Positions 12,459-26,206 are shown, counted from the first letter of the whole stretch. The stretch: 58,195 bases of DNA, filler included, from Sphacelaria rigidula (GCA_964200075.2; 5 parts of 5 records of this genome joined end to end with filler, not necessarily neighbours in it), one strand, 5' to 3'. Translations and numbers: made by a program. The notes: generated by a model from the sequence alone, not told the origin.

Positions 12459-13766
12459 AACGGCGTGAAGTTTTTCGATTTTGTGCGATGAATCTTGCCG
12501 TGCCACGGTGAAACGGCAAACTACTGGATTTTGGTATGAAAATGGCGTTTTAGGGCCTTTTTCGACGTGAACATGAAAATTCAAGCACCAGTTAATCGAG
12601 TTTGACCACGAAACTTTGTGGGGTTATTCCTCGGGTGTGCGGCAGCAGAGCGTTCGCGAAAAAAACAAAAAAAGAGGCTTTCGTGCCGGTCCCAGAATGG
12701 ATGACCTCGAAAAAACGACTTGGATCCCGTCGGACCCCCGAAAAACGGTAAACAATTCAAGAAATAGAAAAACCTCGTTGATCGAAACCCGCGTGATGAT
12801 TTCAGCACATCTGTGCAAAGTTTCAGGGTCTAACTCCTAATATATGCGTCAAGATTGCGCGTATGTGCGAGGATGTGAGCTTAAAACGTGCAGACTCCTT
12901 ACTACTTGGTTTGAGTATGAAAACATCTTCTTGGGTAAATTTTACGTCAAGGAAGGAGAAATTGTATGAGATTTTCGAGTTTCTCACCAAACTTCGTGCA
13001 TGTGTTCCTTGGACCATCCTGGGACGCATCATGTTATTATTTTTTCTTTTGAGTGGTTCTGTACCACCTTTCGGGGTCTTTGTACTGGGACCCCCGGAAG
13101 CCGGTAGAGAACGGAGAAACTTCGAACCCTTGCCAAGAACACAATTTTCCATTTGGAGCATCAATACCTACGGAACTGCCAAGTTTGAGGATGATCTGAG
13201 CTTCTCTACAACATATATAAGGGAAATCGTCACGAGGCTCCCTGAGTCTTTCCTGCGTATCATGAGTGGAAATTAGACGACCCCAAACTCCACATCACCG
13301 AAACATTACGGTTTCGGGTATAATTCGACCCCGTTGGAACTGTTTTCGAATCCTTTTCTCCCGTTAGGTTCTTGAGGTGATGACGGTCACTAAGATTCGA
13401 AGCATGTGGGGATCCGGTGGAAAATGGGCTTGGAAATCGTATTTTCAATTTCGGAACAGTTTGAAAGGCGCTGATTGGTCGAGACGCATTTTTGTCCATA
13501 GTGCCACCGCTGCAGCCTTGAAAAATAATCCGGCTATCTCACCCTCTTCGTCTGTTCATTGCGGTCAGTATGATACCATGTATGCGACTTTTGGGTGCGT
13601 ATTGCAGAAGGCATTTGCTGATTACAGAATTTGTTTTTTTTCCCGCGAACCAGCCTGTAGCGGGGCTGAGGCGGGGTCTCATCAGAAGTGATTGTCACTT
13701 TTAATGAAATCGCTTTTGTCAAGAACGACCGATGGTTGGTTGCTGCGATACCCCCCCCCCCCGAAA

Positions 13767-13871
13767 AGCCTGGTCCGGCGAAAACCCGGCGTGCTCCGTC
13801 CCGGCTTTGTAGGGATGCGAGGTCAATGGTCTGATGACTATGGCATGCATGATTATGAGTACCCCCCCCCC
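13767..13871 (+). repeat. ~100-bp dispersed repeat, family D
   Basis: GCCTGGTCCGGCGAAAACCCGGCGTGCTCCGTCCCGGCTTTG...GAGTAC(C)n. Further copies at ~35482-35530, ~35944-36024, ~39492-39605 (minus) and partial at 46638-46700. Confidence 0.75.
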
Positions 13872-13890
13872 GAAAAAGTGCCAAAGAAAC

Positions 13891-14853
13891 ACTTTTGCAA
13901 GAGTGATTTCAGGAAGTACAAAAACACTTCCTGAAATGGCTTTTGCTCTTTATGCGCTTTTTTTTTCATGCGCGTTTTCCCATTTTTTTTAATATCTTTA
14001 AAGGTGAGCTTTATGCGCCGATTCATGCGTATGATGGTGAAAAATGCGCGACTTGTGCGCGTTTTTCGCGTCCTTTTTGAGGTGGTTCCGGGTGGGTTCC
14101 TGGCGGCACCGCCCGTGGAACGTACCTTCCAGCAAGAAAACAAGACGGTACGTTGAACACTTCGAGATTTCACGATTATTTGGAAGATAAGATCGCTCGT
14201 TTTTTCTCCGTTCATTGGTCTTGAAGGCCATATAAAAAAAAAAAAAATGAAAAAATATGCGCTTTTTCTCTCGCCCTCTGTTCCTCAGCGGTTTCCTTCG
14301 CGTCGCGCTGCTGGGGCGCGGAATTCCGCGCCTCGGTCGCCTCGACCTCTTTCTGCTCTGCCATAGTAGTGTAGTGCTCACGGCTTTACTGTCGGTGCAC
14401 TGTGCGCTGTGCGCTGTACACTGTACAATTGTCGATCGGACCGTTTGGTGTGTGACGCTGTGGCGGGAGCCACTGTTTGATGTGAAATATGACACATTTT
14501 TTTTCAATCAGTTTCTAATAACTCACATACAACATCATAACCGATATCAGACCCACAACAAACTTGAAGAAAAAAAAAAACGAACTCAAACACCACGACT
14601 CCACGAACCACGCCACATGGAGCACCCGTGGGCAGCTACCAGCTGCTGGACAAGGGGTGCATAATCCCGTTGGAGTACTATATGCGCCAAGTCATGCGTG
14701 AAACTTAGCTTTTATGCCTTTGTTGTGCTGAAATCTCCAAAAACATATGTTTTTCAAAAACGCCTATGCTTATGCGCAAAACCCCGTTTTATACGAAATT
14801 ACATGCGCGCATGAAGAGCAACAGCCTAATCCTGAAATCACTTTTGCAAAAGT
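13891..14853. mobile_element. Putative non-autonomous DNA transposon bounded by inverted repeats
   Basis: ACTTTTGCAAGAGTGATTTCAGG (~13891) is the near reverse complement of CCTGAAATCACTTTTGCAAAAGT (~14831). There are subterminal TTATGCGC motifs and no credible coding sequence. Confidence 0.45.
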
Positions 14854-17130
14854 AATTTTGTGACCCCTCGAACGGGAACATATAACATCCCGTTGACAGG
14901 GGCATAGCCGAAGTCTTGACAAACACGTCAACACAATCAAACGTGAACCTGAGGATCGCGTTGCCCTCCCAAACCAAAACACACCGCTCCATTCATTCCT
15001 GCTCATCAACTGAGCATGCTGCGCGTGACCTTGCTCAAATCGGTTCAGAATTCTGTTAGGAACGATGATTGGCGTGAGACGCGCGCATAGCATACCCTCA
15101 AAAACAGTCAGCAACAGCACGTTTTCGGTTGCTATTTGACACGCACGCGGCCGCCTTTTATCCAATACTGGACGGATTTCAGTCAAACAAAGGCTGCCGT
15201 GCGTAGATGATGAAGAGCTAGCGCTTGAGCTAATGCGCGTGATGAGTGGGTGTTCATGCGTCGGTTTTCGTGGCTCGACGTGTCGGCGCTGTGCTACCTC
15301 GTTGCGTCATGTCCGCAGCAGTACAGAGATATTGGACTCACGGTCACTTCCAGAACCGCCGCATTTTTCACCTGTGTGCAGATCTGGGCTTCGATCTGGA
15401 CAAAACTGCTTGTCGACAAGACTCAGTACGAGTCGTTGTGGGGGCAATCACTTTTCCAGAAGTGATTTTTTCAAAAGTGGTCGTCACTTCTGATAAGACC
15501 CCGCCTGACAGCGCCAAATGCTCCTCGCGTGCGCAGAATTTGTTTTCGTCAAACATCGGCGCCTGCGGTCCCGCTAAAGGGAAAGCTTCGCACCCCCCTC
15601 GCCCGAGCGTTCTCGGTACGCCTAACAACACACAACACACGTCAGCGAAACCCTCCTATCCGCAAGCCAATCGAACGGGACGAGCGCTGACACCCACACA
15701 AACATACATGCATCCGCAGCGGTACGAGTGTGCCTGTTTTCTCCGTAGACCCTTGCTTCCATCAGGTGCTGTTTGCTGCTGACCCTTCGGCAGACACGGC
15801 CTGCGGAACCTCCCGACCCGCCCTCTCAACGATGTTGGGCTGAAATCCTTTTGGTCAAAAATAGATCTCGAAGGAAACTATGTAAAACGCCCGAACGTCC
15901 AAATAGCAGAAACGTACGCCTAACAAAGGCCCCATCATATCGAGGCATGGGAATCGAGTATATAGTAATGATTTTGAGCATGTTTGTGGCGTTTCACGTT
16001 TTTTATACTTCCTTGCTTGGCTTACTTCCTCACTTATCAGCTTCCGATTGGTTGAGGGCTCATGTCTTGTGCTCAACGCCCTTGCGATCATGCTATAAAA
16101 AAGAGTCATCGAAGATTTCGGAAATTGCTATTTTGCACTCCAGGATCAGGACGGAAGGAAATCAAACCGGGAAGGACACGAATGTCATCTTGAAGAAAAT
16201 TTTATGATAAACTTTACGGAATCGAAGCCCCATTTCGAGCCCTCCATCCTGAAGTTTGAAGTGCCCCTTCAGAGCTCAGGATGGAACGAAGAGGAATCAC
16301 GACCGCTCCCACCACCTGTCACAGCCAGTTCACAATCAATGAGAGAGGACCTAAAGAAACGTACGTGAACAATGGTTGGTACTATGGAGATGCCGCCAAC
16401 CCTAACGCTAACACTAATCCTAACCCCGACCAAGGCATACCGAGAACCCTCAGGCAAGGGGGATTCAAAGTGTTTCTCAAGCAAAATGTGCGTTGCCAGA
16501 GCTCGAATCAACGCCTTTGAGCCGATTTTGGACCAAAACACGTTCTGGACAAGCTGGGTCTACTGCTCACCACTGCTCACCCGCCCCCAAATAATAATTT
16601 TTCCCAGAACTTTCTTCAGTCTGAAATCAAGTAAAGTCGAGTACCAACCATTCTTTACCTACATTTCTTTAGGTATACTGGAGGCATATCTTACCTGTGT
16701 AGGGTTGTGCTAACCTGTGCATTTTTGAACGAGATGGTTGGTCGCACATTTTGCGGGGCAATCTGTGGCCAATCACTGCGAACAATGAAGTAACATCAAG
16801 CCACGTCACGTTAGCTTCCGTCCTGAAGTTTTCCCCTTCCACCCTCAAGTTTTTGAAAGCTTCCATTCTGAACTTCTTGCGTCTTGATCCTGAAACAATT
16901 TGTGAATGTTTCCGACTCTGTCTCATTTTTTACACATTTTTTTAGCACGGAGGAACAAATTGTTGAGAATGTGAAAAACAAGGTAAAATACATGCCACGC
17001 ATGGGCTATTCGATTCATCATACATCATGAGCAGTAGAGTTTACCGTTTGGTAGGCGTGGAACTTCCCGACTTCGTTTTACGAGCTGGGCCAGCCTAGAA
17101 ACGGGTTTAAACTCTCAAAGTTAAAGTGCG

Positions 17131-17163
<33 letters not shown>

Positions 17164-17509
17164 GCAATATCTCATCGACACAGACGAGTTGGGCCGTGAT
17201 CCGCATATCGTGTCAACCCTTTTGGGACTGATTTTCAGTAGTGAGGGGCTCACCATGTTTTAGTAAAACAACGACAATGGAAAAGTCTGGGAGCGACCTG
17301 CCCAATCACGGTGAGGCTAAATTTATCGACCACATCCGAACGACCAATGGGGGGGGCTGTCGCCGGGATTGATGTCGCTGCCGAGTTTGTGTGTGTACCG
17401 TATCCCTGGTCCACAAAAAATCCTCCGAAGCAAAGGAAAGCCGCGATGGTCGGGGAGCTCTTTCCCGTTTTTTGTCGTTTACTTCACATGCACCGTAGGT
17501 AAGATAGGT

Positions 17510-18140
17510 GCCCGGTACCAGTATTTGGGACATCTCATACCCTACCAATACCGGTCCGATCGGGTATTTTCAAATGTCATACCTACGATACCCACGATAC
17601 CACGGTATTTCGAGATTTCAGAATCTACCGTACCCACTTGATCAGGTATTTTCAAAACTCATGCCTACGATACCTACGATACCACGATATTTAGAGATTT
17701 CAATACCTACCGTACCCGCCCAATCGGATATTTTCCACACTCATACCTACGATACCTGTGATACCGCGGTATTTCAAGATTTCAATACCTGCCGTACCCG
17801 CTCAATCGGATATTTTCGAAGCTAATACCTGCGATACCTACGATACCACGGTATTTAGAGATTTCAATACCTGCCGTACCCGCCCAGTCGGGTATTTTCC
17901 AAACTCATACCTACGACACCTATGGTACCACGGTATTTCAAGATTTTAATACCTGCCGTACCCGCTCGATCGGGTGTTTTCGAAACTTATACCTGCGACA
18001 CCTACGATACCACGGTATTTAGAGATTTCAATACCTATCGTACCCGCTCAATCTGGTATTTTCGAAACTCATACCTAAGATGCTTACGCATACCACGGTA
18101 TGGGATAACCCGGTAAATACCGCGGGCCCCGGTAAATACC
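17510..18140. repeat. Tandem array, 82-bp unit x ~6.5, with 9-bp GATACCTAC sub-repeats
   Basis: The CGGRTATTTT anchor recurs at 17561, 17643, 17725, 17807, 17889, 17971 and 18053. Confidence 0.9.
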
Positions 18141-19149
18141 GGACGCGATGCACTCCCCACGGTGCAGCAGCTCGTCTCAACTTACGCAAAGGCCAGGACT
18201 AGTCGGAGCAGATACGTCTTGTTTTCACAAGTAATACACACCCAGCTTTCCCCTGATTTTCGTGTTCGGACCATTTCGAATGAACTTATTATTATGTAGT
18301 CTGAAGTGCGGTCGAATTATTTCTCTCGATGTGATACGTAGGTCCGCCACAGTTCTGTTCTTAGAAGGCTTCAACTCAAACTTGTAACTGGTGGCGCGCG
18401 GAGAAAGCGTACAAAACAGTAACACTAAGCTTTTTCGATCGAAAACATGCGGTCGAAAGACACGGAGCAACACTTGACTCCTATCTTACGGACCGCCACG
18501 CGAGATAACACCCGTTCACAGAACCATGCTAACTCCATCCACCTCATTCTCAGCTACCACCGCAACCCTGCAGCATCGAGTAGGAGTTGAGCACAGGGAT
18601 AAGATACTTTGGAGTAATTGGGTGTGCTTTCTTTATTTTTTGTTGGCGAAAACTTGTGGATCTTCTTTGATGGTAGAATCAGCGACGGAACTGCGTGATA
18701 CGGTGGGCAACCGAATTGCGCACACGCTCATGGATATTGCAGGCAGTACGAAGCTGCACGTTGTTGAAGTCCTTTTCACGTTGCATTGTAAGCAGAGAGA
18801 AATAATAGTCCCAGGCCGTCTGCACTGCACGTTGCCCGCTTCTCTTTAAAATGCTACCGTACAAAACACGCACACACACACTCAAGATACTGCTTGCAAG
18901 CAGTGCAGTGAGTACAGACTGTCTGTGCTGTACACGAGTGACCATATACCGTTGCACTAATTTCTCTGTTTTTTCTCGACCGAAAGCTTGAAATTCGCTT
19001 GGACCCATCTCGACAAGAATGAGCGATTTCCGCCCGAACCATTTCAACGACTCCATTTTTTCGATCGAAGAAAAAAGTGCTGAGGCACGCCCTCACACAC
19101 ACGCTTCTCCGCACTGCCGGATGACAGTTTTGGAACCGGTATAGACGGT

Positions 19150-19590
19150 AAGGCAGGTACGCGGTACTGGTATTTGGGACATGTCATACCCTACCGATAC
19201 CGACCAAATCGGGTATTTTCAAATGTCATACCTGCGATACCTGCGATACCACGGTATTTTGAGATACCAGTACCTCCCGTACCTGCCTAATTGGTTATTT
19301 TCAAAACTCATAACCTACGATACCTACGATACCTACGATACCTACGATACCACGGTATTTTGAGATACCAGTACCTACCGTGCCCGCTAAATCAGGTATT
19401 TTCGAAACTCATACCTACGATACCTACGATACCTACGATACCAGGGTATTTTGAGATTTCAATACCTACCGTACCCGCTCGATCAGGCATTTTCGAAACT
19501 CATACCTGCGATACCTACGATACCCACGCATACCACGGTATGGGGTACCCCGGGAAATACCGGGGGTACGCTCGGTACGGTACCTGACCT
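19150..19590. repeat. Second copy of the 82-bp-unit array element
   Basis: Same leader (GTATTTGGGACAT.TCATACCCTACC) and trailer (CGCATACCACGGTATGGG) as 17510-18140. It has fewer units and an expanded (GATACCTAC)n. Confidence 0.85.
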
Positions 19591-19604
19591 ACGGTTCCTG
19601 TGAT

Positions 19605-20416
19605 TTACTTGCATTTTACATAGATCGTTCTCCCATTCCCCCGAGTTTATTTTGAGTCACCATCCTATAGTAAAACGTAGTAATTACACTAACACAGAGT
19701 GCTCGGGGGAAATAGGGGGAGAGCGCACCTTACTATGTATGTGGTAATCTTCAAACGGCGACTGAATCTAGCAACGCCATGGAACGAGAAATGGAGCTAG
19801 AGGCATGAGTTAGTTCTGCGTATCCCTGTGCTGAGGCGGTACAGCATGCTGTGAGGTCGTATGTAGCCGATAGGAACGGACAAGCTGTGTATGGGCAGCT
19901 GATCTCCGTCGCGGAGAACTACCCAGAACGTGTAAGGGAGTATGAAGCAGCAGCAGCTGCTGCAATCGGAGAGGGGTACTGTACTGTACCGTATGTGCGC
20001 CGCAAATGCCCATGCCCTTAGAAGAAAGGATGCCGCTTGCAACAAAGAGGGAAATCGCGGCCCACCCCGATCACAAAGGGCTTTGTGGCAAGGTGATGGG
20101 GAAAATAATATCATCCAAAGCCACAAGCGGCGGGCGGCCCGCCAGTCGCCACATCCTGTGGAAAGCTCTCTACGGCGACCCCTACTGCATGATACATGTG
20201 TACATTACCTGATGCGCACTTCACCCGAATTACAGTTTGTACGTGCACGTGAAAATAGATTGGGTGAAAATTTCGGTCTACCTCCTAACCCTGCATGCGG
20301 CGGTTACATACGTGGATTTTCATCAACATGAAGCCACTGTTTCGTGCAGACGCCAGACATGTCATTCCTCACCAGCCTCATTGTTAGTTCTGGAGGCGCA
20401 GTCCCGAAAGGGTCAA
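19605..20416 (+). mobile_element. piggyBac-like family C copy
   Basis: Similar to 11661-12458 (shared GCGGCCCACCCCGA..A.AA.GGGCT.TGTGGCAAGGTGATGGGGA). Ends AAAGGG|TCAA. Confidence 0.65.
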
Positions 20417-23220
20417 TCGTCTCATCAAGGAGAACGTGTCAATCTGCTCCAAAGTCTAGGCCAGTATTTTCTCGTTGATTAAACTTCATGTCTACAATAC
20501 TAATTCCTACACCTTACGGAGATAGCATCCATACTGAAATCTGTATGAAAGCCCGTACGATACATCGGATGACGACGATTTTTTGTGTGAATATCCCCTG
20601 AAGCACGGGGAGACGAGAGATACCCTCCTTCACCTAATTCGTTATTTATCTCGAGCTGGCGCACATAAGGTCCCATACCAAACTCAAAATATTTTGAGTA
20701 GAGACACTAGATGAACCAAATCTGGATATCGCGTCTCACTTTTTTGAGAGTTGTGCTATGGAAGTTTGTATGGAGAACTGCTACTGCATAATGAAATATA
20801 TTAACACACTTTTTGAAATATGTTTTTCATACTTTTTCATACTTTTTCATACTTTTTCGTGTTTTTAGGGGAGTTTTGTGGAGAAATGAACATTGCTCTT
20901 GGGCCTTATCCCGATTTTTCAGCTCAATTTTTAGAATTGTAATTTGAAACTTAGGACGGAGAACCACAGGGCTATGCTTATAAAAAATATAGACCTTCAT
21001 TTATTTTTGTTCGGGAGAGGTTCGGGCGCCGTCGTGAAAAAAATGTCGTTACCATACTAAAACGCCCTAAACCTCTGAAAGAACAAATGAAATACCAACC
21101 TCACCCATTTGTTTTGGTTCATCATGACCTAGCGAGGTCCCGCACAAAATTCCAATACACAAATACCGAACGTGGTCCGGTCAGCGGCCCGCAATATACT
21201 GTTCCGATTTTCCAGCGACCCTGTTTTCAAAAGGCCCATTCGCAAGTTTCCACTTAGAGTTGGACACTGATCACTTGAATGGACAAGCAATAGGGCACAA
21301 CAAAAACAAAATTGCCCACGATCCCAAATATATATTTTTCATGAGTTGAAGGCAATAATCAGTTTTCAGGTCTTGCCAAAATCCCCTTAAATCACGAAAA
21401 AAATCTTCACGCCCTCTTGATTGTCCGTACCAATTTTCAGTGTCCAACTCTGAGTATTAAATTGCGAGTGGGACTGCAAACTCCAAATCCGCTTCTAGGC
21501 TGGCCTTGCCTATGGTGTGGACCCCGAATTCCAGATCTTCAATGGGACCGTGCTCCTAGCGTGCGCAGAACATGTTTTTGTCAAGATTGGCGCTAGCGGC
21601 GCCGAGTTAAGGTGTCGCAACGTACACTTTGCCTAGAGAACACTGTGTACCCCCTTGACCAGCGTCCAGCTCGAAAATGCATAGGTCAGCACAATACTGA
21701 CTGTACCATACCAGTACCTGTAGCGAGTCTGTGTTGTACCATACCCTGCAGCACCGTACCGTACCGTACACTACACTTGCACCAGCGGAACGTGTAATGT
21801 TACCGGCTTTTCCCCCTTCCGCGCTGACTTTAAAAATACGAAAAACATTTTCCGAAACTCTCCTGGATGATTATTTTTTGCATTTAGCCGTCGGCCCCGG
21901 GCTGTTCGTTGTCTAAACGACACGTTCTCGGACAGGTGCAGTCTTGACTCCTGTCTCCTGTACCTGTATCGCGGTGCTTTGTTTGTGGTGTGCACACGTC
22001 GCAGCTCAGTGAAAAGCGAGAGGGGGATGTATCGGGCGCAGGCCACCTACTGCCTACTGCCAACTTTACGGCCGCCCCCCAAGCAAACAAGCCAGTCTTG
22101 CACATATCAGCATCGCGGTTGTCGAGTTTGAACAACTTCGTCAGACGAGTCGCGAGTACAGCCATGATTGTCAACACCATGCCACATTGGTTATTTACTT
22201 ATGCTATCGTTTTCGGCCACGACTCATTCTTCACCGGGAATTACTCAGAGCTTCAGGTATCCACGTGTAGATAGGAAGAAGGTCTTTCCAGCCACACTAA
22301 TTTTGGCCAGAGTGTTGCCGTCCGTTTTCGTCCTTCCGAACAGGGCCTGGCACACAATTAAAAGCAATTTGGGATTTGTTTTACACCGTTCGACTGCTTT
22401 TTTCAGATGTAACCGCTTTTTTCGCGCTGGTGATGCATTCATTCGACACGGCCAATCATGTCAGGCCCCGTCTTACGAACGGGAAAAATGAGAATGAGTA
22501 TGAAGTCTCGAAACCTCACAATCTCGAGAAATCACCCGCCTTTCCTATCGACGGGCGTAAAGAAAACTGAATTCGAGGACGTGGCAACATGCAAAGAGAT
22601 CGGTGCGCCACACGCAAGCAGTCCCGCTGCCATTGATGGCATTGATGGCGAAGCTGCGGCGGGCTTCCGAGCGACCAGTTATCGTTCCCTTCCGCATCTA
22701 GGCAACGATTCATCATTCATTTTCGCAATGTTATCAGATTGTTCGCCCATTTTCGCAAGAAAAGCTCATAAATGATTAATTTTGATGAAAGTGATTCCGA
22801 GGGCGACTATTGTAGAGCAGCAGCCCTCCGTCAATGAGAAGGGTAAATATGGCTAAACCGGCAGTCTTGTTCTGATTATGACAGTTTCATTATCATGTCT
22901 TCGGCTCGATGAGACGTTGCCTCGCGATCACATTCACCAAAATCCCATAAGGTTGGTTCATATTGTCCGGAAAATTGTAACTTTACCATACGTCGGACAT
23001 CTCATGAGTTGAATCTCGACGTATGGATGTCCGACGTATAGATAACTCATGGATGTCCGTCGGCCAAGATATGCATACGACGCGTTCGAATCCCGACGGA
23101 TTACTTTGTTTTGTTCCGTCGGTAAGGTCATACATGATACAGTATATATATCACGGTTAGGACAAATAATGTTTCGTCAGGAAATTACTTGGTTTCAGTA
23201 TGATAAGTTGACTCGTGATG

Positions 23221-23320
23221 NNNNNNNNNNNNNNNNNNNNNNNNNNNNNNNNNNNNNNNNNNNNTTAATTAATTAANNNNNNNNNNNNNNNNNNNNNNNN
23301 NNNNNNNNNNNNNNNNNNNN
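23221..23320. other. Artificial contig linker
   Basis: N44-TTAATTAATTAA-N44. Confidence 0.98.
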
Positions 23321-23471
23321 TGGATTGGATGAAACTTTCGGTCTTCGTCATAACCCTAGCGTTACATACGCGGATTTTCAGCAACACGCCAGTGTTTCGT
23401 GCAGACGCCAGACACGTCATTCCTGACCAGCCTCATTGGTCGTTCCGGAGACCCGGTCCCAAAAGAGTTAA
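23321..23471 (+). mobile_element. piggyBac-like family C terminal fragment
   Basis: Matches 12315-12458. Ends CCCAAAAGAG|TTAA. Confidence 0.7.
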
Positions 23472-23803
23472 TATCGTTCAGTTACATTGATCTCCTTCGC
23501 CCCCGGTTGCCGTCCGACTGGGGATGTTCGTGCCAAGTAAAAACAACCCCAACCAGCAGACAAGCGACGAAAGCACACGCATTAATGACAGTGATACTGC
23601 CTATATGAATTCGTGGGCTGTCTAGGGGACAGATGCAAGCTGCAGACAAGCCGGCGGGCTGCGGATGTGTTTGCGATGATGGTCTTCATCCTGGATCCCA
23701 GGGCTGCGGAGGTTTACCCACTATTGGGACACTGCCCCAGAACGCGCGTCTTATGGAGTTGAGACACCAGAAAGTGTGCACCATGTTCGACGCACTAGAG
23801 CTA

Positions 23804-24352
23804 CAGTAGTGGGCGGTCTAAATATTCATTTTGTGACAGTTTGTGATTTTTTCGTCGTCGGCGATTTTCTTGGGCTCTATTCGCTTGTCACCGCTTATCA
23901 CACCGGGGATCTGAAGATATTTGTGTCCGCTCCAAATTCCACGAAAAAAAATCGTCTGTAATCAATATTGAGTGACTTACGGGCTGACCGGTCATCGGGG
24001 ATCCTGCCACATTTCAGCCTAGATTCTTACGCTTCGGTATTTTCAGTCGATCGAGCCTGTCCCGATCATATTTGTGAAGAAATGTGAAGTTTTGTTTTTT
24101 TTAAATTCTACCTCCTCATTGCACTAGAGCCGAAAAACTGTGTTCCACGGTCAATGACACCCTCCTGATAAACGGGGTATTCACTCGTATCGCCCGATAA
24201 CACCAACGAACACTGGCTTTGGCACTGTGCTTCGAGGATAATCTGTTCATTGTTCCAAAATCGACCGACGCTAGCAATTTCGAGTTTTATCGAAGAGTAG
24301 TACGCGAGAAAAACCCCAAAACACCCCTGAAGAGTTACACCACCCACTACTG
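23804..24352 (-). mobile_element. Tc1/mariner-type MITE, family A copy 3 (inverted)
   Basis: TA|CAGTAGTGGGCG ... CACCCACTACTG|TA, with a TA TSD on both sides. The interior is the reverse complement of copies 1 and 2. Confidence 0.8.
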
Positions 24353-25290
24353 TAGCGGCCGACGCCGGTTGAGAGGACTGAACCCTCCCTGTGAGACCAA
24401 AATGCCACAGAGGCATCTAGAAAGACGGATCGAGGAGAAAGTTGGAGCAAGAGGAATCTTACTCATCCGAAACCTTGCACGGAGGGAACGATCAGAGTGG
24501 AGGCTGAGCCAATGATCGACCAACGACGTGAAATTCGTCACGCTGAATACTCGCCCCGAAGAGAAGGTGCCGGGCGGGGTGACAATACGGCACGTAAGAA
24601 AAACATTACCGTGCTGCGGATTTTTCTTTTTCAGTACTAACAGCCGAGCGCAGTAATTTGCTAACACTGGACATACACTTTTCCAGCAGGGACGTACAGC
24701 CTGCGCTGAAAATAAGAAGACTTTTCTCGTCGAGATTAACATGCGCAACTCGTGATTCTCGATCCATGTGGACTTTGATCGGCCACGTGCACCATGTGCG
24801 TAATAAGCGGGCATTGGCAAATGGAAAAATATTGACCGTGGTGGTTCCGCGAACAGACCACGTGAAAGGCTCATGGACTTTCTCGCTAAACAACGTGGCT
24901 TACGATTTGATGCGTTGGTTCTTCGCCGGCCCTTCCTCTTGCCCTCTCTGTTCGTCAAGCGTTCCCACCAGCAAATGTATCAACGCTCCAACCTCCCGAC
25001 ACCGCCGCATCCAGTGCACGCGATCCACTTTCTTGCTCTCCGCGAATAACTTGTGGCTTGTGCGGATGATGTAGCCTGGTGATCTAGTCTGCGGCGCTAC
25101 GGCTTCGCATACCCAGCTGTAAGTCCCAAATTCATAAGTTCATACAAGTCATGGGGATTATCAATGGGTCTATTACATTTCCCGAAATCTCCGAGTTTTT
25201 TGGGTATATATATAAACTGTCCACAAAATGTAAGGGTGGATTTCTTCACCACGTTAAGCACTGTACCCATTGCAGTGTTTTGTCCAGTAG

Positions 25291-25724
25291 TAGGGAAGGG
25301 GTACTCAGGGGAGCTCGGGAACACTCAATATTTCGGGGAGTACATACCCCAAGTACCCTGGATCCCTTTCGGCGGTCGATACTCCGAGTGCCCTGAGATA
25401 CTACGAGTAAGTATTTTCTGCAATCGACTACTCTGGGTACTCGAGAACACTGCATATATTCGGCAATCTAGTACTCTACGTGCTCCACAATACTTATTGC
25501 TGTGAAGGAGACAGTATTTGAGGTACTCTGGAATACCCAGTATTTTCGGCAGTCGGGTACTCCATGCATTCTCGAATTCCCAGTATTTCGGTAATATAGT
25601 CGATGCTTGAGGTATCCTGGGATCCTCAGTCCTCCGGATGAGTCACTGTTCCAGATAATCTCGAGTGCCAAGTACTGAGAATACTCTAGAAGTACAGAGT
25701 GCCTGGAGTATCGTACTCTACCCT
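25291..25724. repeat. Internally repetitive MITE-like element (GAGTAC/GTACTC-rich)
   Basis: Ends AGGGAAGGGGTACT ... GTACTCTACCCTG are roughly inverted, and the interior is dense in GTACT/AGTAT motifs. Confidence 0.45.
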
Positions 25725-26206
25725 GCGCACATTTGAAACATTCAGATGATTCGGTGGCGATCAGTTCGGTCATGCAAAACGCGTCATGTCGAGAGCGATT
25801 CGGGAACCCCAATAGCAAAATATAATCCTCAGCTCATGACATCAGCTTGTGAGCAAAACTAAGAGGCGGTGCCCCATTCTGCTATGCCCGCGTCGTCCCC
25901 AGAATAATAATGATGAGGCTCTCGCAGTTAGCGAAGCAGGTCCCTCTGCTGACACTATACAACTAAAAAGGATATCAAGTACCACCTATTATTTCCAGCA
26001 ATATGCGCCAGATTCGTGAACAAAATCGCCAGCTTGTCCTCGCCGAGGTTCATCTCGCTACTGCTGCGGGGTACGTGGGTAGTAAGTAGCAAGTATTCCA
26101 AGACAACGGTGATGAAACTTGAACTTCGATATTCAATCCGCCTACAGTCATCAGCGAAATGGCGTTGCCTCGTCTTCACATGCATATGCGATCTGGATGT
26201 ATGTAC

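Noticed and set aside
17510..18140. CRISPR-like regularly spaced repeats
   Set aside because: The whole 82-bp unit is repeated with no unique spacers, there are no cas genes, and the context is eukaryotic.
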